Source: Macrostomum lignano (lineage: Eukaryota). Taken from it: a stretch of 64,000 bases of DNA. Positions 36,913-49,071 of the stretch are shown one piece after another; position 1 is the stretch's first letter; each line of letters starts with the position of its first letter. Below the pieces are notes generated by a model, which worked only from the letters and a program-made list of their open reading frames with translations, was not told where the DNA came from and searched no databases. The translations under genes and the position numbers were made by a program. The stretch lies in the NCBI GenBank assembly GCA_002269645.1, contig NIVC01000257.1:434001-498000 (forward strand), read 5' to 3'.

Positions 36913-38920
36913 TCCGGCCCCCGTGGGACGTAGTACTATCATGGTTGTTATCATTTCTCATGCTTTAATCACGTCATCTTTCTGGCCAATTAGCAGCCCT
37001 GAGAGGAATTTGTGTATCTCCATTCTCCAGCTCCACCACCAGTCTGCAGCAGTCTAACAACCAAGGAAATACGCATTTCTTAGGAGGCCATTTAAATTTT
37101 AAAGTTACCTTATGCGAATCTTAATGTTAAAATTTTCATGGTGTAACTAATTTAGTAGGATTGCATTGTAATCAGTTATTCTTATTCATTAATTTTTCGC
37201 TATTTTTTTAAACCATCCCATATCGCCTTGATTTGCCATCCTTGTTTAACTGCTGCAGACTTGTCTATACAGAGGACAGTAGTTTGAATCTCTCGCTAAA
37301 CTCTCTCCTCTCCACGCCTCTCCACTCGCGGGGGTACAGAGAAGGCTATTAAAAAGTTATTCCAAAACACTGTACATTCGCTATGTACATTGAGCCCTAT
37401 CGCCTGATCCTTCGTCTGGGGGAATGAGTTGGATGAGCGGCAAACAACAGAAAAAGCAGACAAACTTCACATGCTTACAGTTTCTTTTTCGGTTGAGTTA
37501 CAGAGTTGAAACTTTACATTTAGACAGAGAATGGGTCAATGAAGAATTGTGTCAAGTTTGAAGTCAATCGCTTTACGTGGAGCAAACTTATGGCAGCTGA
37601 AAGTTAGTCAATTTTGAAACCCTTTTACACATCTGGGCCCAGATCGGTATCGGGAAAGAGAGGCAGGCGGGCGGAGGTTGGGGTGGCTGCCTCGCTGAAA
37701 AAAACAGCCTAACTTTAAAAGTGCACAGCGGCTTTCAGGATTAACTTTGAGATTTTAAATTTTACACGATTGTGTCAAAATAGTTTAAAATTGCCTGTGT
37801 CAAATTTGAAGAGAATCGGTAGAAGTGGAGCGGCGCTATGGAGGATTTAGTGAAAAAATCGCGCATTTTGAGCAGTTTTTTGTACTTTTAGGCAGGAAGA
37901 CTTGAGTCTAGGAAATTTAAAGGTAGCCTAAGACATTCTCCGTAGTAAGTTTAGGGTGGGTGTAAGGTTTGGTGTCATTTGGTTGAGCGGTTTGGGAGTC
38001 CATAGCGATCAAAATTGTCCACAGACACACAGACAGACAGACAGACAGACACACAGACAGAGTTTTGATTTTTATATGTAGAGACAAGCTGTTGAAACCC
38101 GCGGATTTTGAACCCGGGGAATTCCAATACCCGGAACTACTTTTGAATGTATTCTGAAATCTAAGGCCATACACAAATAAAAACTTGTTAATAGTTAGTA
38201 GGATAGAGGTAGACATAAAATGAAGCACATTTGTGTAAAATTAGGGTTTGAGACATTGTTGGCTAGGGTACTGCACAGAATGTCAGGCAATGTCTGTCTG
38301 ACTCTAAAACATATATTGCTAAACTCTGGTCTCTCCCTGACTCTCCCTATGTCCCTTGGATCCTTTAAAATTTCTATCGTCTCTTTGTTTCCTTTCTTCT
38401 CTCTCATCCCTCGTCTCTTGTCTCTCCTCTCTCTTTTCTCGTCTCTTCTTTCATATCTTCCCTCATCTCTCTTCTCTTTCATCTCTCTTATCTCATCTCT
38501 TCCCTATTCTTTTCTCTCTCCTCTCCTCTCTCCTTTCTACTTTTCGTTTTCTATCTGCTCTCCTCTCTCCTCTCTACTCTTTCATTTTCTCTCTCCTCTC
38601 CTCTCTCTTCTCTCCTCCTCTTCTCTCGTCTCTTCCTTCTCCTCTCTATTATTTTCTCTCTTCTCTTGACTCTCTCCTATACTCTCTCATCTCTCCTCTC
38701 TACTCTTTCCTCTCTCTCTCCTCTCTCCACTCTTCTCTCGTCTCTTCCCTCACCTCTTTCCTCTCTCTCTTTCCTCTCATCTCTTTTCTTGTTTTATCTC
38801 TTCTCTCTCCCTTCGTTGCTCGTCTCTTCCCTCACCTCTCTTCTCTCTCGTCCACTCTTTCATCTCTCCTTTCTCTTCTTTTATATTTTCTCTCTTATCT
38901 CTTCTCGTTTCTCTCTGCTC

Positions 38921-38967
<47 letters not shown>

Positions 38968-41397
38968 CTACTCTCTCCCCTCTTCATTCTCCTGTTTCCT
39001 CTTCTCTCTCCCTGTCTCTCCTCTCTTCTCTAGTCTCTGTAATCTCTTCTCTCTTATCTCTCCTCTGTTCTCTCCACTCTCCCATCTCTCGTCTGTTCAT
39101 CTGCTCTCTCATCTATCATCTTTACTCTCTTATACGTTCTCTCACTTATCTCCTCTGTACTCTTCTCTTCACCTCTTCTCACTCCTCTCTTTCCTTACTC
39201 CTCTCTTCTTTTCTTTTCCCTTTCTATACTCTCTCTCTCTTCTATTATCTTCTCTCGTCTCTCTGCACTCTCCTCTCACCTTTTTCATCTCTCATCTCTT
39301 CTTTGATCTGTCTCATCTCTACAATCTCATCTCTTTCCTCTCTCCTCCTCTTCCCTTTACTCTCTCATCTCTCCTTTCTCCCCTCCTCTCACTTCTTCTT
39401 CCCTTCTTCTCTGCTCTCTCCTCACCACTTGTCTCTCCTCTTATATTCCATGTTTTCTCATATCCCCCTCTTGCCTCTCCTCTCTTCTAATAGTCTATTC
39501 CTTCTCCTTTCCACTCTCATCTGGCCCGCACATAAGCTAGATTCTTTATCTGGCTTTTGAAGTAAAAGTCTGCCAATCCCTGCTTCGAAAGCCAGTTTGT
39601 GGGACGTACTACTCTCATCGTTATTCTCATGCTTTGATCACGTCATTTTTCTTGCCAATTTGCAGTCCTGAAAGGAATTTGTGTATTTTCAGCTCCACTG
39701 CAGTCTGCATCAGTCTAACAACCAAGGAAATACGCATTTCTTAGGAGGACATTTAAAATTTAAAGTACTTTTAAGAGAAACCTAAAATTTTCATGGTGTG
39801 CCTAATTTAGTAGGGTTGTATTGCATTGCATCGCATCGCCTTTTCATAAATCTTTCGCTTTTACAAACCATGCTGGATTTCCTCGATTTGCCAATTGCCA
39901 TCCACTGTTAAACTGCTGCAGAGTTTGCCAATACAGAGGGGAGGGCAATAGTTAGAATTTCTCACTAAACTGTTATGGCTAAACGTAGCCTCTCCACTCT
40001 CGGGGTGCAGAGAAGGTTATAAATAAAGTTATTCCAAAACACTGTACATTCGCTATGTACATTGAGCCCTATTGCCTGACCCTTCGTCTGGCTCTGGGGG
40101 AATGAGTGAGTGAGTGGCACAAACAACAGAAAAAGCAGACAAACTTCACATGCTTACAGTTTCTTTTTCGGTTGAGTTACAGAGTTGAAACTTTACATTT
40201 AGACAGAGAATGAGTCAATGAAGAATTGTGTCAAGTTTGAAGTCAATCGCTTTATGTGGAGCAAACTTATGGCAGCTGAAAGTTAGTCAATTTTGAAACC
40301 CTTTTACACCCTTTACCCAGATCAGGAAAGAGAGGCAGGCGGGCGGAGGTTGGGGTGGCTGTCTCGCTGAAAAAACAGCCAAACTTTAAAAGTGCACAGC
40401 GCCATTCAGGATTAACTTTGAGACTCAAAATTTTACACAATTGTGTCAAAATAGTTGAAAATTGATTGTGTCAAATTTGAAGAGGATCGGTAGAAGTGGA
40501 GCAGCGCTAAGGAGGCTTTAGTAAAAAAATCGCGCATTTTGAGCAGTTTTTTGCACTTTTAGGTAGGAAGACTCAAATTTAGGAAATTTAAAGGTAGCCT
40601 AAGACATTCTCCATAGTGAGTTTAGGGTGGGTGTAAAATTTGGTGTCATTTGGTTGAGTGGTTTGGGAGTCCATAGCGATCAAAAATGTCCACACACACA
40701 CAGACAGAGTTTTGATTTTTATAGGTATACGAGGCCAACTCCTCCTCTGGAGGAGAAAGGGGAAGAACTCCCATCACCGGAATTCCATTCCCTGAAATCC
40801 ATCAGCTGAAATTCCATGACTTGAATCCCATCTTCCAAATCATCTCCAAATCCTCTGTAAAGCCTTTCAAATACCATATCTTGTTTTCCCTGTTCGCAAA
40901 AACTGACTGCCATTGTCCAGACTCAGATTCTTCTGTCTCCTCTCTTCTCTTTTCTCTCCTCTCACGTCTCTCATCTCTACCACCTTATTTATCTCTTCTC
41001 CCTCGTCTTTCGTCTTTCTCTTCTGTCTCCTTTATCCCCTGTTTTCTCCTCTCTCCTCTCTCCTCTCTTCTCTCCTCTCTCATCTCTCATCCCTCATGCC
41101 TCATCTCACTATTTCTTTCTCCTCTACTCTCAGCTCCTCTCTTCTCTCTCCTCTCATCTCTCCTGTCTCCCTCTGCTATCTCATATATTCCCTCTCATCT
41201 CCTCTCTCCTCTTTTCTTCTCTCTCCCTCTTCGTTCCCGCCTTACTCCCCTCTTCTCTCCCATCTGTCATGTCTAATCTGTCCTCTCTCATCTCTACTCT
41301 CTTTTCTATAATCTCTTCTCTCTTCTCTTTTCACTCTTCTCTTTACTCTCTTTACTGACTGACTGAAGATACCAAATCCATCAAAATCCCTCCGTGA

Positions 41398-41669
41398 AAC
41401 AGAAATCCTCTCCGCGAAACAGAAATCCTCTCCGCGAAACAGAAATCCTCTCCGTGAAACTGGGCTCCATGGAAATCCTCTGAGTGAAACTGACATCCAT
41501 CAAAATCGTCTCCGTAAAACAGAAATACATCTAAATTCTCTCCACGAAAAATAAATCCTCTCCGTGAAACCGAAAACCATCAGAATACTCCGTGAAACTG
41601 GACTCAATCGAAATTTTCTCTGTCAAAAAGAACTTAACTTTCAGAATTCATTGGTTAGGGTTAGGGTTC
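41398..41669. repeat. 20-bp tandem repeat (AAACAGAAATCCTCTCCGYG) followed by a short (GGTTAG)n tract at 41654-41669
   Basis: Directly visible. Confidence 0.75.
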
Positions 41670-43553
41670 GAGCTGCACAGAGCTGCGTGTTGAATTAATT
41701 GAATCAATTAATTGCGCAAACCATTTCTCAGTCAGACAGTATCAGTCTTATTTAAAGTTAAATAAACAGTTGCGCAATCTAAATCAACCCTCCAATACAC
41801 AGCAGCAGTGAGAAGTTGAACCCTCCCCCAACTTTATCTATTACGTCTCGCAAAACTAAGTACAATCTTTGCAGAAAGTTAAAAGTATGAAAATAGTTTT
41901 TCAAATGCTGTGCTTTTTCTTTTCATATATAAAGCAAACAACTTATATCCCCAAACTCAGCGTTGCAAGATCTTTCCAGCAATATAAGTCTCTCCTCTCA
42001 AAGTTTAAAACTCGAGGAACAGTTAGCGTTTGAAATTTACCGATTTCCCGACTGCTTGCTAGAGAAGCTCGCAAGTTTATTCATTGAATTTCACTGCCAA
42101 ACTAATACACAGGGCTGCCAATAATAAAACCAAATGAATCTCGACACAGTCTATCTATTTACACTGTACAACTGCTATGTACACTCAGCCCAAGCCCAAC
42201 CCCCCAGTCTGGGGGAATCATTAAATTGAACTTAACCCCCCAACACGCGGGGGGTTTTATTTGCATTGAACGCAGAACACGCGCACCCACCACCCCTCAA
42301 TACACAGCGGCCCGCGGGCGGAGGTTGGGGTGGCTATTTTTACAAACTGGCTGAAGCCCCAGGCAGAGTGACCAAAGAAGGTTATTGGGGGTTAAAAAAG
42401 CAGTTTTCTGCTTTTTTAGGGATGTTAAAATGTGAAAATTAAAAATTAAAATAGCCTAAAGCCTGCTCCGGAAAATTTGCAGTTTTCCCATATAAGTTTC
42501 GACGTTGACTTGGCAGAATTGTAGGAGTTCACTTGCTACATACAGACAGACAGACATACAGACAGACAAACATCGCGTCGGTTTTAGTATTAGGAGATAA
42601 CTTTTTTGTATTTTTTTCATAATTTATTTTTTGTGTCCTTACAGTGTCTTCTATTTTTGTACTGGCTATTTTTACTATTTATGAGATTTGCGCAAATAAC
42701 CCTAGAAATTTTTTCATTCTAAACCAAGATTTTCTCTGTATCAGCCACAAATTTTTTATTTGTATTTATCTAACATTAAATGAATACACCGAATTATTTA
42801 TACTTTTGAGACTGTAAATGTTTTGCGATTTTAGCGTAATTTATCGTTAATTTTGTTGTTGAACCGTCCTATTTGTGTGATTTTTCAGAAAGGTTTACAA
42901 GTCCTATTTTAGTTTTATTATCCAGCAAATATTCGTTAAAGATCTTGTCTTTGCTATGCCAGAAAACTTGGCACCATAGATTTTATATACACTAGATAGG
43001 CTACTCAGTGACACCCAGCCAAACCATTGAATCTATAGAAAGCTTTTCAAGAAGTGGTAATTTCAGCTATTTCTTAGTAGTTAGTGCGCATTTTTGTCAG
43101 TAGCTGAAGCGAACATTAAATTACCTTTTTTATTCAGCTCTGTCAGCAGAGACTTAAATGCCATTCCATGAATACTGTGGGATTATAGTCAGCAAAGTGC
43201 GTTTTTAGAGAGAGAAATCGTCTATACATTTCTTCTGGGTCAGAAGACTGTTGGAAAGCGGTGTGTAGTTTTTAAAGAAAACTGAAAGAAATTGGCTTAA
43301 GCGATTATACAAATGATATAAGGCAAACTGAACTTGGACAGTTGTATTTAACGAAAACCGTGACTTGAAACGAACAATACGGAAGGCAACACTGAGACTG
43401 TGTTAGTTGAAAATGGGTAAAGCAGACAAGTAGTAAATAAATTACACAAACAGCAGAATAATACACAGAGCCAAAGCAAGGGAAGGCAGCTAGCGTCTGC
43501 TCCACAAATAATTTAGCTGCATCATTTTATTGCCATTTTATTACTGACAATAG

Positions 43554-44177
43554 TGTGACAGTGTGATTCGTAGAAGCGCGTGTATCGTATTTCTTTATTT
43601 TCATATGCATACCGTGCTACTACTGTATTCTTCCATTTATTTTAACAATATTCGTACGTATTATTATCGCGCTATTTTTACTGTTAATTGCTTTGTTTTT
43701 GTAGCCTCGTATGTATTTATTCTATTATTTGTATTTCATTCATATCGTTATTATTTGTCGTAAAGTAGTTCTACCTATGTACTTGTACTGACGTATGTAA
43801 TTCTTGCATGATATATTTATCGATTGATTTGTACATGTACATTGCGCGCCGCGTGGGGGGTTTGTCTGGGTTTTGGATTAGGGTCGCTGTTGTTTGTTAT
43901 CTGTTTACCTTACCAATTAAATATACGCTTGCAGCCAGTCGCCGCTCTCCCCCTGCGCTCCTGAGTTTTCGCTCCGCTTCTCGCGGGCCCCTTAGCCGTC
44001 GCATTCAATTGCTTTAGTCGCACTAAAATTAAGCAGCTACCAATCAAAACCTAACCTTCAATTCAAAATACCAAATCTGAATCTGCAATTTACGCTAAGG
44101 GAAGTCGGCTACTGGCTCTAGATTATCAAATTTAACCGCTACACAAACTGCACGTCTTCCTGCCTTTATTCGTCACA
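43554..44177. mobile_element. Solo LTR (624 bp), probably Ty3/Gypsy type
   Basis: Termini TGTGAC...GTCACA, perfect 4-bp TSD ATAG (43550-43553 and 44178-44181), absent from the paralogous spacer near 26310-26355. Confidence 0.7.
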
Positions 44178-45215
44178 ATAGTCCACGAGTGATTTTTGGC
44201 AGTCATTTTCTACACATTGACTGAATGCGCAGTGGCCTATCTAGTGTATTATTATATGAGATCTATTTTTGGCACTAAAAACCCTGGAAGTGACCAATAG
44301 ATAAATATATAATTGGACGATGTGTTATTAAATCTGAAACCATTTCGCTGTGAATTCTTTCTATGTTGACTTTTACATTAAGGATGCCGCCTTAAAAACA
44401 TCTATATTCAATAGTTACGTACGAGCGTTTGCGTGAGAACACTATAAAGCCAGTTACCCCAGGATAATTTGCAGCCAAATCTCGGTGTCTTTACTGCTCC
44501 CTTGTATCCGATTGCATTCCTTATCATAAATTTTATAGCTCGAAAAAAAGCTTAATATAATGGTAAACATTGCTTTTTTGATATTAGTTTCACTGTTGCC
44601 TTTTATTTAAAAACCCGTCAATATTTTGTGTAGGCTCATTGTTGCAGCAAGTTCAATTATAGTTATAAGTTAATTTTAAACGGGAGAAACAAGTTTGCTT
44701 CTTGAATGTGTTCAGCTTCCTCTAAACTCAACAGGCAGCTTGTCGAAGTTTTCTTGCCTATTACTGAGGGGGATATCTTGTGCTCACAGATTCGTAGTAA
44801 TTATGAGGCTCGCAGGTGCTAGTTATTGGGTGAAGTGCTGTGCGGTATTATAGGATGGCATCAGTAAATAAAATTGATGCTTTCTGTCGCCTGTTGGCAT
44901 TGTCATTCTCGAGTCAAAGTGATTGCTAATTTAGCTATAAAAGCATGGGTAGTGTTGTGGATTCCAAAAGCTTCCACTAGCAAACTTTAGCGAGCAAGCT
45001 TCATGCATTTTTTTTAAATATTGAATACAATATTATACTGCTTAAGATTTTTACCAGTTTTTAAAAAGCAGCTCCGCTTGAGAAAAATTTTGCGGCTCTC
45101 AAGCAAATCTATTGCAGTCAATAGGTTAATAGAAAAATAATTTCACTCTGTCAGTCTTATATCCAAAGAATTCATTTATCTTATTTGTATTGATTGCTTT
45201 CCGTTTCAGCTAGCC

Positions 45216-46410
45216 ATGGCCACCGCCTCAGCAGACGACTCAGGCGACAGTGCTCAGTCTGTGGAGCAGCTACTCACCTGCTCTGCGTGCTGCCGCATGG
45301 TCTCCGATCCCAGACTGTTGCCATGCTCACACTGTGTGTCTCAACTGTGTGGACTCGCTCAGAGAAGCCACAGACCGGTGCACAGGCAGCTGCCCTGTCT
45401 GCCAGCAGAAACTTCAGCTGCCGAATAATTCTTCTGAGCTAAAGCGCGACATCACCAAGTGTCAGCTCGCCAAAGCGTTGAATATCACAGAGAAGAGCAG
45501 GGAGCTCTGCTCAGCTCCCGACTGCCAGAATGCGTGGAAGGCCGTGTCAGCCTTGTCGAGCCGAGCCATGTGCGAGCAGCATCTGCAGGCGGAGCTGGAC
45601 CGGCTGGCTGCAGAGGCGGCCTCACTGAGAGAGCCGGTCGCGGCTGCACTGGCGCCAGCAAGCCGTCTCTCAGGAATTTATAGTCGAGCGGCAGAGAAGA
45701 AGCAGAGTCTGGAGGCCACGCAGCGAGAGGTGGAGTCAAAGTTCAAGAGACTTCGAGAGCAGCTCGAGGACGCAGAGACGCTGGCGTTGAAGGCAGTTCG
45801 GATCGACATTGAGAGGAGCTCGAGCTGCAGTGAGAGTGCAGAGTCGATTCGAGCTCAGCTGGAGCAGTTTCAGAGTATGGGTGAGAGCTGGTCGGACTTG
45901 CAGACTGCAGGCCTCAGTGCAGTGCAGCTGGTCGATGAGACGAAGAGAGCACTGCATCAGCTTGAGCACCTTGACGACTCGTTCTCTATGGTTTCTGACA
46001 GAGTGAAATCAGCTGCCGAGCTGAGTTTCGATTTTTTGTCTTCGGAGTTGAAGAATTTCGCGAGCGAACTGGATGCTCTTGTGGACATCACCTTGCGCGA
46101 TACTGAGGTTCTGCGGTTTAAAGAGACAAAACCTGTACTGTTTAATGGAAATCCGAAGTTTGTGGCCTGCCTCCTACACACCAATCTGTTGCTGAATCTG
46201 TTGGCAAAAATTTTGTTCGCAAGCTGCCAGCTTCTCTCTTACGAGTATTTGTTGTTTGCCAAACAGTTGAGGCCCATATTATGCAGCTGTTTACCTTTCC
46301 AGGCTGTGAGCCAGTCCTTGGTGCCCAGTGGGAGTGTGAGGCCCTTGGCTGGAAGGGAAAAAATAACAGGCTAAACAATTTTTTTTGGAGATTCTGCTCA
46401 CAGCCGCCTG
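45216..46410 (+). pseudogene. TRIM-like copy E, frameshifted and truncated
   Basis: 2-nt (CT) deletion inside the RING at about 45332 (CACTGTGTGTCTC versus CACTCTGTGTGTCTC in F); a further frameshift near 46200 (MQLFTFPGCEPVLG lies in another frame); no recognisable NNYE C-terminus. Confidence 0.8.
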
Positions 46411-49071
46411 CTTAAAGTCGCCACTCTATGCGCCAGTGAGCAGTTTCACTTGAACTATTCTGAGATAAAAGATACGAGAAAACTGATCGGGGTAGCTTTA
46501 ATCCCTCCAGCCCTCACACAACGCTCCCATCTTCATTAACCCAAGTCTGTCGCGTGGCGTAGCTGAGTTGCGTCACTCGCAAGATTGAGAGACTTTACCT
46601 GAACTCTCAAAAGTGGCGACCACAGACGGAATCTTCTCTGATGGCGACTTTTCGATGTTGCATATTCTAAGATATCGGCTTTTTTGTTGTCATTAATTTT
46701 TTGCCTTTGTGTAACACAAATTTGCAACGAAATTTAGTCTCCCCTGAACACTTGCTGTCATAGATTTTAATACATATAAATTTTTTCTTATGTCAATTAC
46801 TTTTTTGGTAACTTCTTGACTAACCGAATTAAACCCGATGACCCGAAGAGTCCATTGTGCAATTATAGAGTATATGATTATCAAGTTATCTCGTATTTTA
46901 AATTGCAATAATATTTCAAGTTGAACACTTTTTTTCACCATAGGATAACTTATAGGAGCTTTAATGTTTGCAGTTCTCGCTATCTTCATTTTGGTTTGTA
47001 TTCTTATAGCTATTTTTTCATTATCTGGATATTTATGACATCAGTGGCATGCTACTTTGAGCAATCTAAGCTTGAATGAGTTTTAGATAAGGCTATTGTG
47101 CTTTCGTTTTATTATGTCAACTTAAATATTTATTTTCAGTAATACTTTTGCTTGCTGAAGTGGCTTGTTGAATGTGTTCAGCTTCCGCTGCACTCAACAG
47201 GCAGCTTGTCGAAGTTTCCTTGTCGATTACTAAGGTGATATCTTGTGGCCACCGATTCGTACTGTAGTTTATGAGTCATGACACCGACTTGAAATGCATA
47301 TATGGAAGTAGTTACACATGAGCGTAACTATGAGAATGCTATAAAATACTTGAAAACCAGGAACGTGTATGAAATTAATGGCCTTCTTTTTCTTGACAGA
47401 TTGTGATTGAGATTGAAAAGACACTGAAGACGAGACTCACTGATGCATCTTTAATGTTCACAATGACAAACATGATTAATTAATAACTCAGTATAATTTG
47501 CAGTCAATTCTCGATTTTTTAACTACTCGTACTTTCTCCATATTGTCGGTTGTGTTACTCATAATTTTATTTTTGTTAACTTTCCAAACTTGTAACGTGA
47601 CAATAACTTGAATGTAATATTCAACAAAGAATTTTTTAATCCGTTTATTTATTCTTTTTGATATGATTTCTTAATTTAACAGCCGTGAATATTTTATGTA
47701 GGCTCATAGTTGGAGTCAGCAAACAAAGTCCAAGTATAGTATAACTTAATTTTAAGCTTTAAAAACTAAGTTTTAAGCACTCAACAGGCAGCTTGTGGGA
47801 GTCTTTTTGCCGATTACTAATGGAATGTCTTGTGGCCACAGTTTCCTAGTTTAAGGCTCATAGGAGCTAGTTATTGGGTGAAGTGCCATGCAGTATTTTT
47901 AGTGGTCTGTGTCACCTATTCGCGTTGCCATTTTTAATAAATGCAAATTTATGATAAATTACGAATGCGCTAATTTATCACCAACAACAAAGCAACTGTT
48001 TTCTATCCTTCAGTAGGTAAGACTAGCAATCTGCATCCCCGTTTGTAAGACAAAGGAATATAAATGTTTGAATTAACTACCTGTTGGTTATGACCTTGAA
48101 AAGTCACCATTTCTAATATATTTGGGGAAAAATGTTTAAAGCATAAAAGCATCCACTATAAAGCTTGTTATTTAGCCTAAGATATCAGATCCTGTATGAG
48201 CTTTGGTTCAAAGCATATTAGGCGCCCCAATAAGCCTCAGCGTTTCAGCAATGTCCCCATAAGCCTTGACATCTCTTTTAAAAATGAGCAAATTACAATA
48301 TTATTTATAAATGCGCACACCTAGACAGCTGATTTTTATATATTGTATGATATATTTGAGGCAAAGTAGTTAATACAACGACAAACTAGTAGGTACAAAA
48401 GCTAGTAAATGAAAATGTTTTTCTACGTAACGGTAGTTCAAATCTCGTGCGCTTTTCGGTTTTTCAGTATGATATGAAGCTTCAAAGTAACTGCATTCTG
48501 GCATGTCACGTCTGAATTTTGCTAGAATTTCATTTACGTATCTTCTTGAGTGACATACTTAACATACTTGACATGCTTAACATACTTAATCCTCTGCAGT
48601 CAGGTTTTTCGATTTCGAAATTTTATCCTCGATTTGCTGTTAAAATTTATCACGAGGTCCGCTAAAAGTTCAGAGGCAGTAAACTTCACTTTCACCCACG
48701 GTCCCATAGCCACTATAAGCAGGTCCTACGTATTCTCGTAAGTAAGGGATATCTTGGTTTCGCAGCAAGCACCCTGTAGGTATAAAAATATCGGTAGTGT
48801 TGTGAAATCTATAACTTCTACTAGCAAACTTTGGCAAGCAAGCGTCATGCACCAATTTTAAAATATGATGCTGCTCAAACTTTTTTACCAGTTTTTTAAA
48901 AGCAGCTGCCGTTGAGACAAGTTTTGCGGCTCTCAATCTTGTCAAACAATCTGCCAGAAGCAAACCTATTGCAGTCAATAGGTTAATAAAGAAATAAGTT
49001 TCACTCATTGAGTCCTATATGCAAAGAGTTCAATAACATTATCGCTATTAATTAATTAATTTCTGCCATCC

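Larger units (their letters stand above)
35391..42597 (-). mobile_element. Composite 7.2-kb non-autonomous Helitron-like insertion: units about 38084-35391, 40732-38085 and a divergent unit 42597-40733
   Basis: Inserted between A (35390) and T (42598) with no TSD; empty site TTTATCCA|TAAG at 29875-29886. On the minus strand the 5' end is TC (TCTCCTAATACTAAAA, TCTCTACATATAAAA) followed by a (TGTC)n microsatellite, and the 3' end is an imperfect GC hairpin (35404-35424) then CAGCTTG. Units 1 and 2 are homologous throughout. Confidence 0.75.

Noticed and set aside
43298-43505. Second insertion in the spacer before copy E
   Set aside because: Absent from the paralogous spacer, but without consistent TG..CA ends, TIRs or TSD, so it could not be classified.
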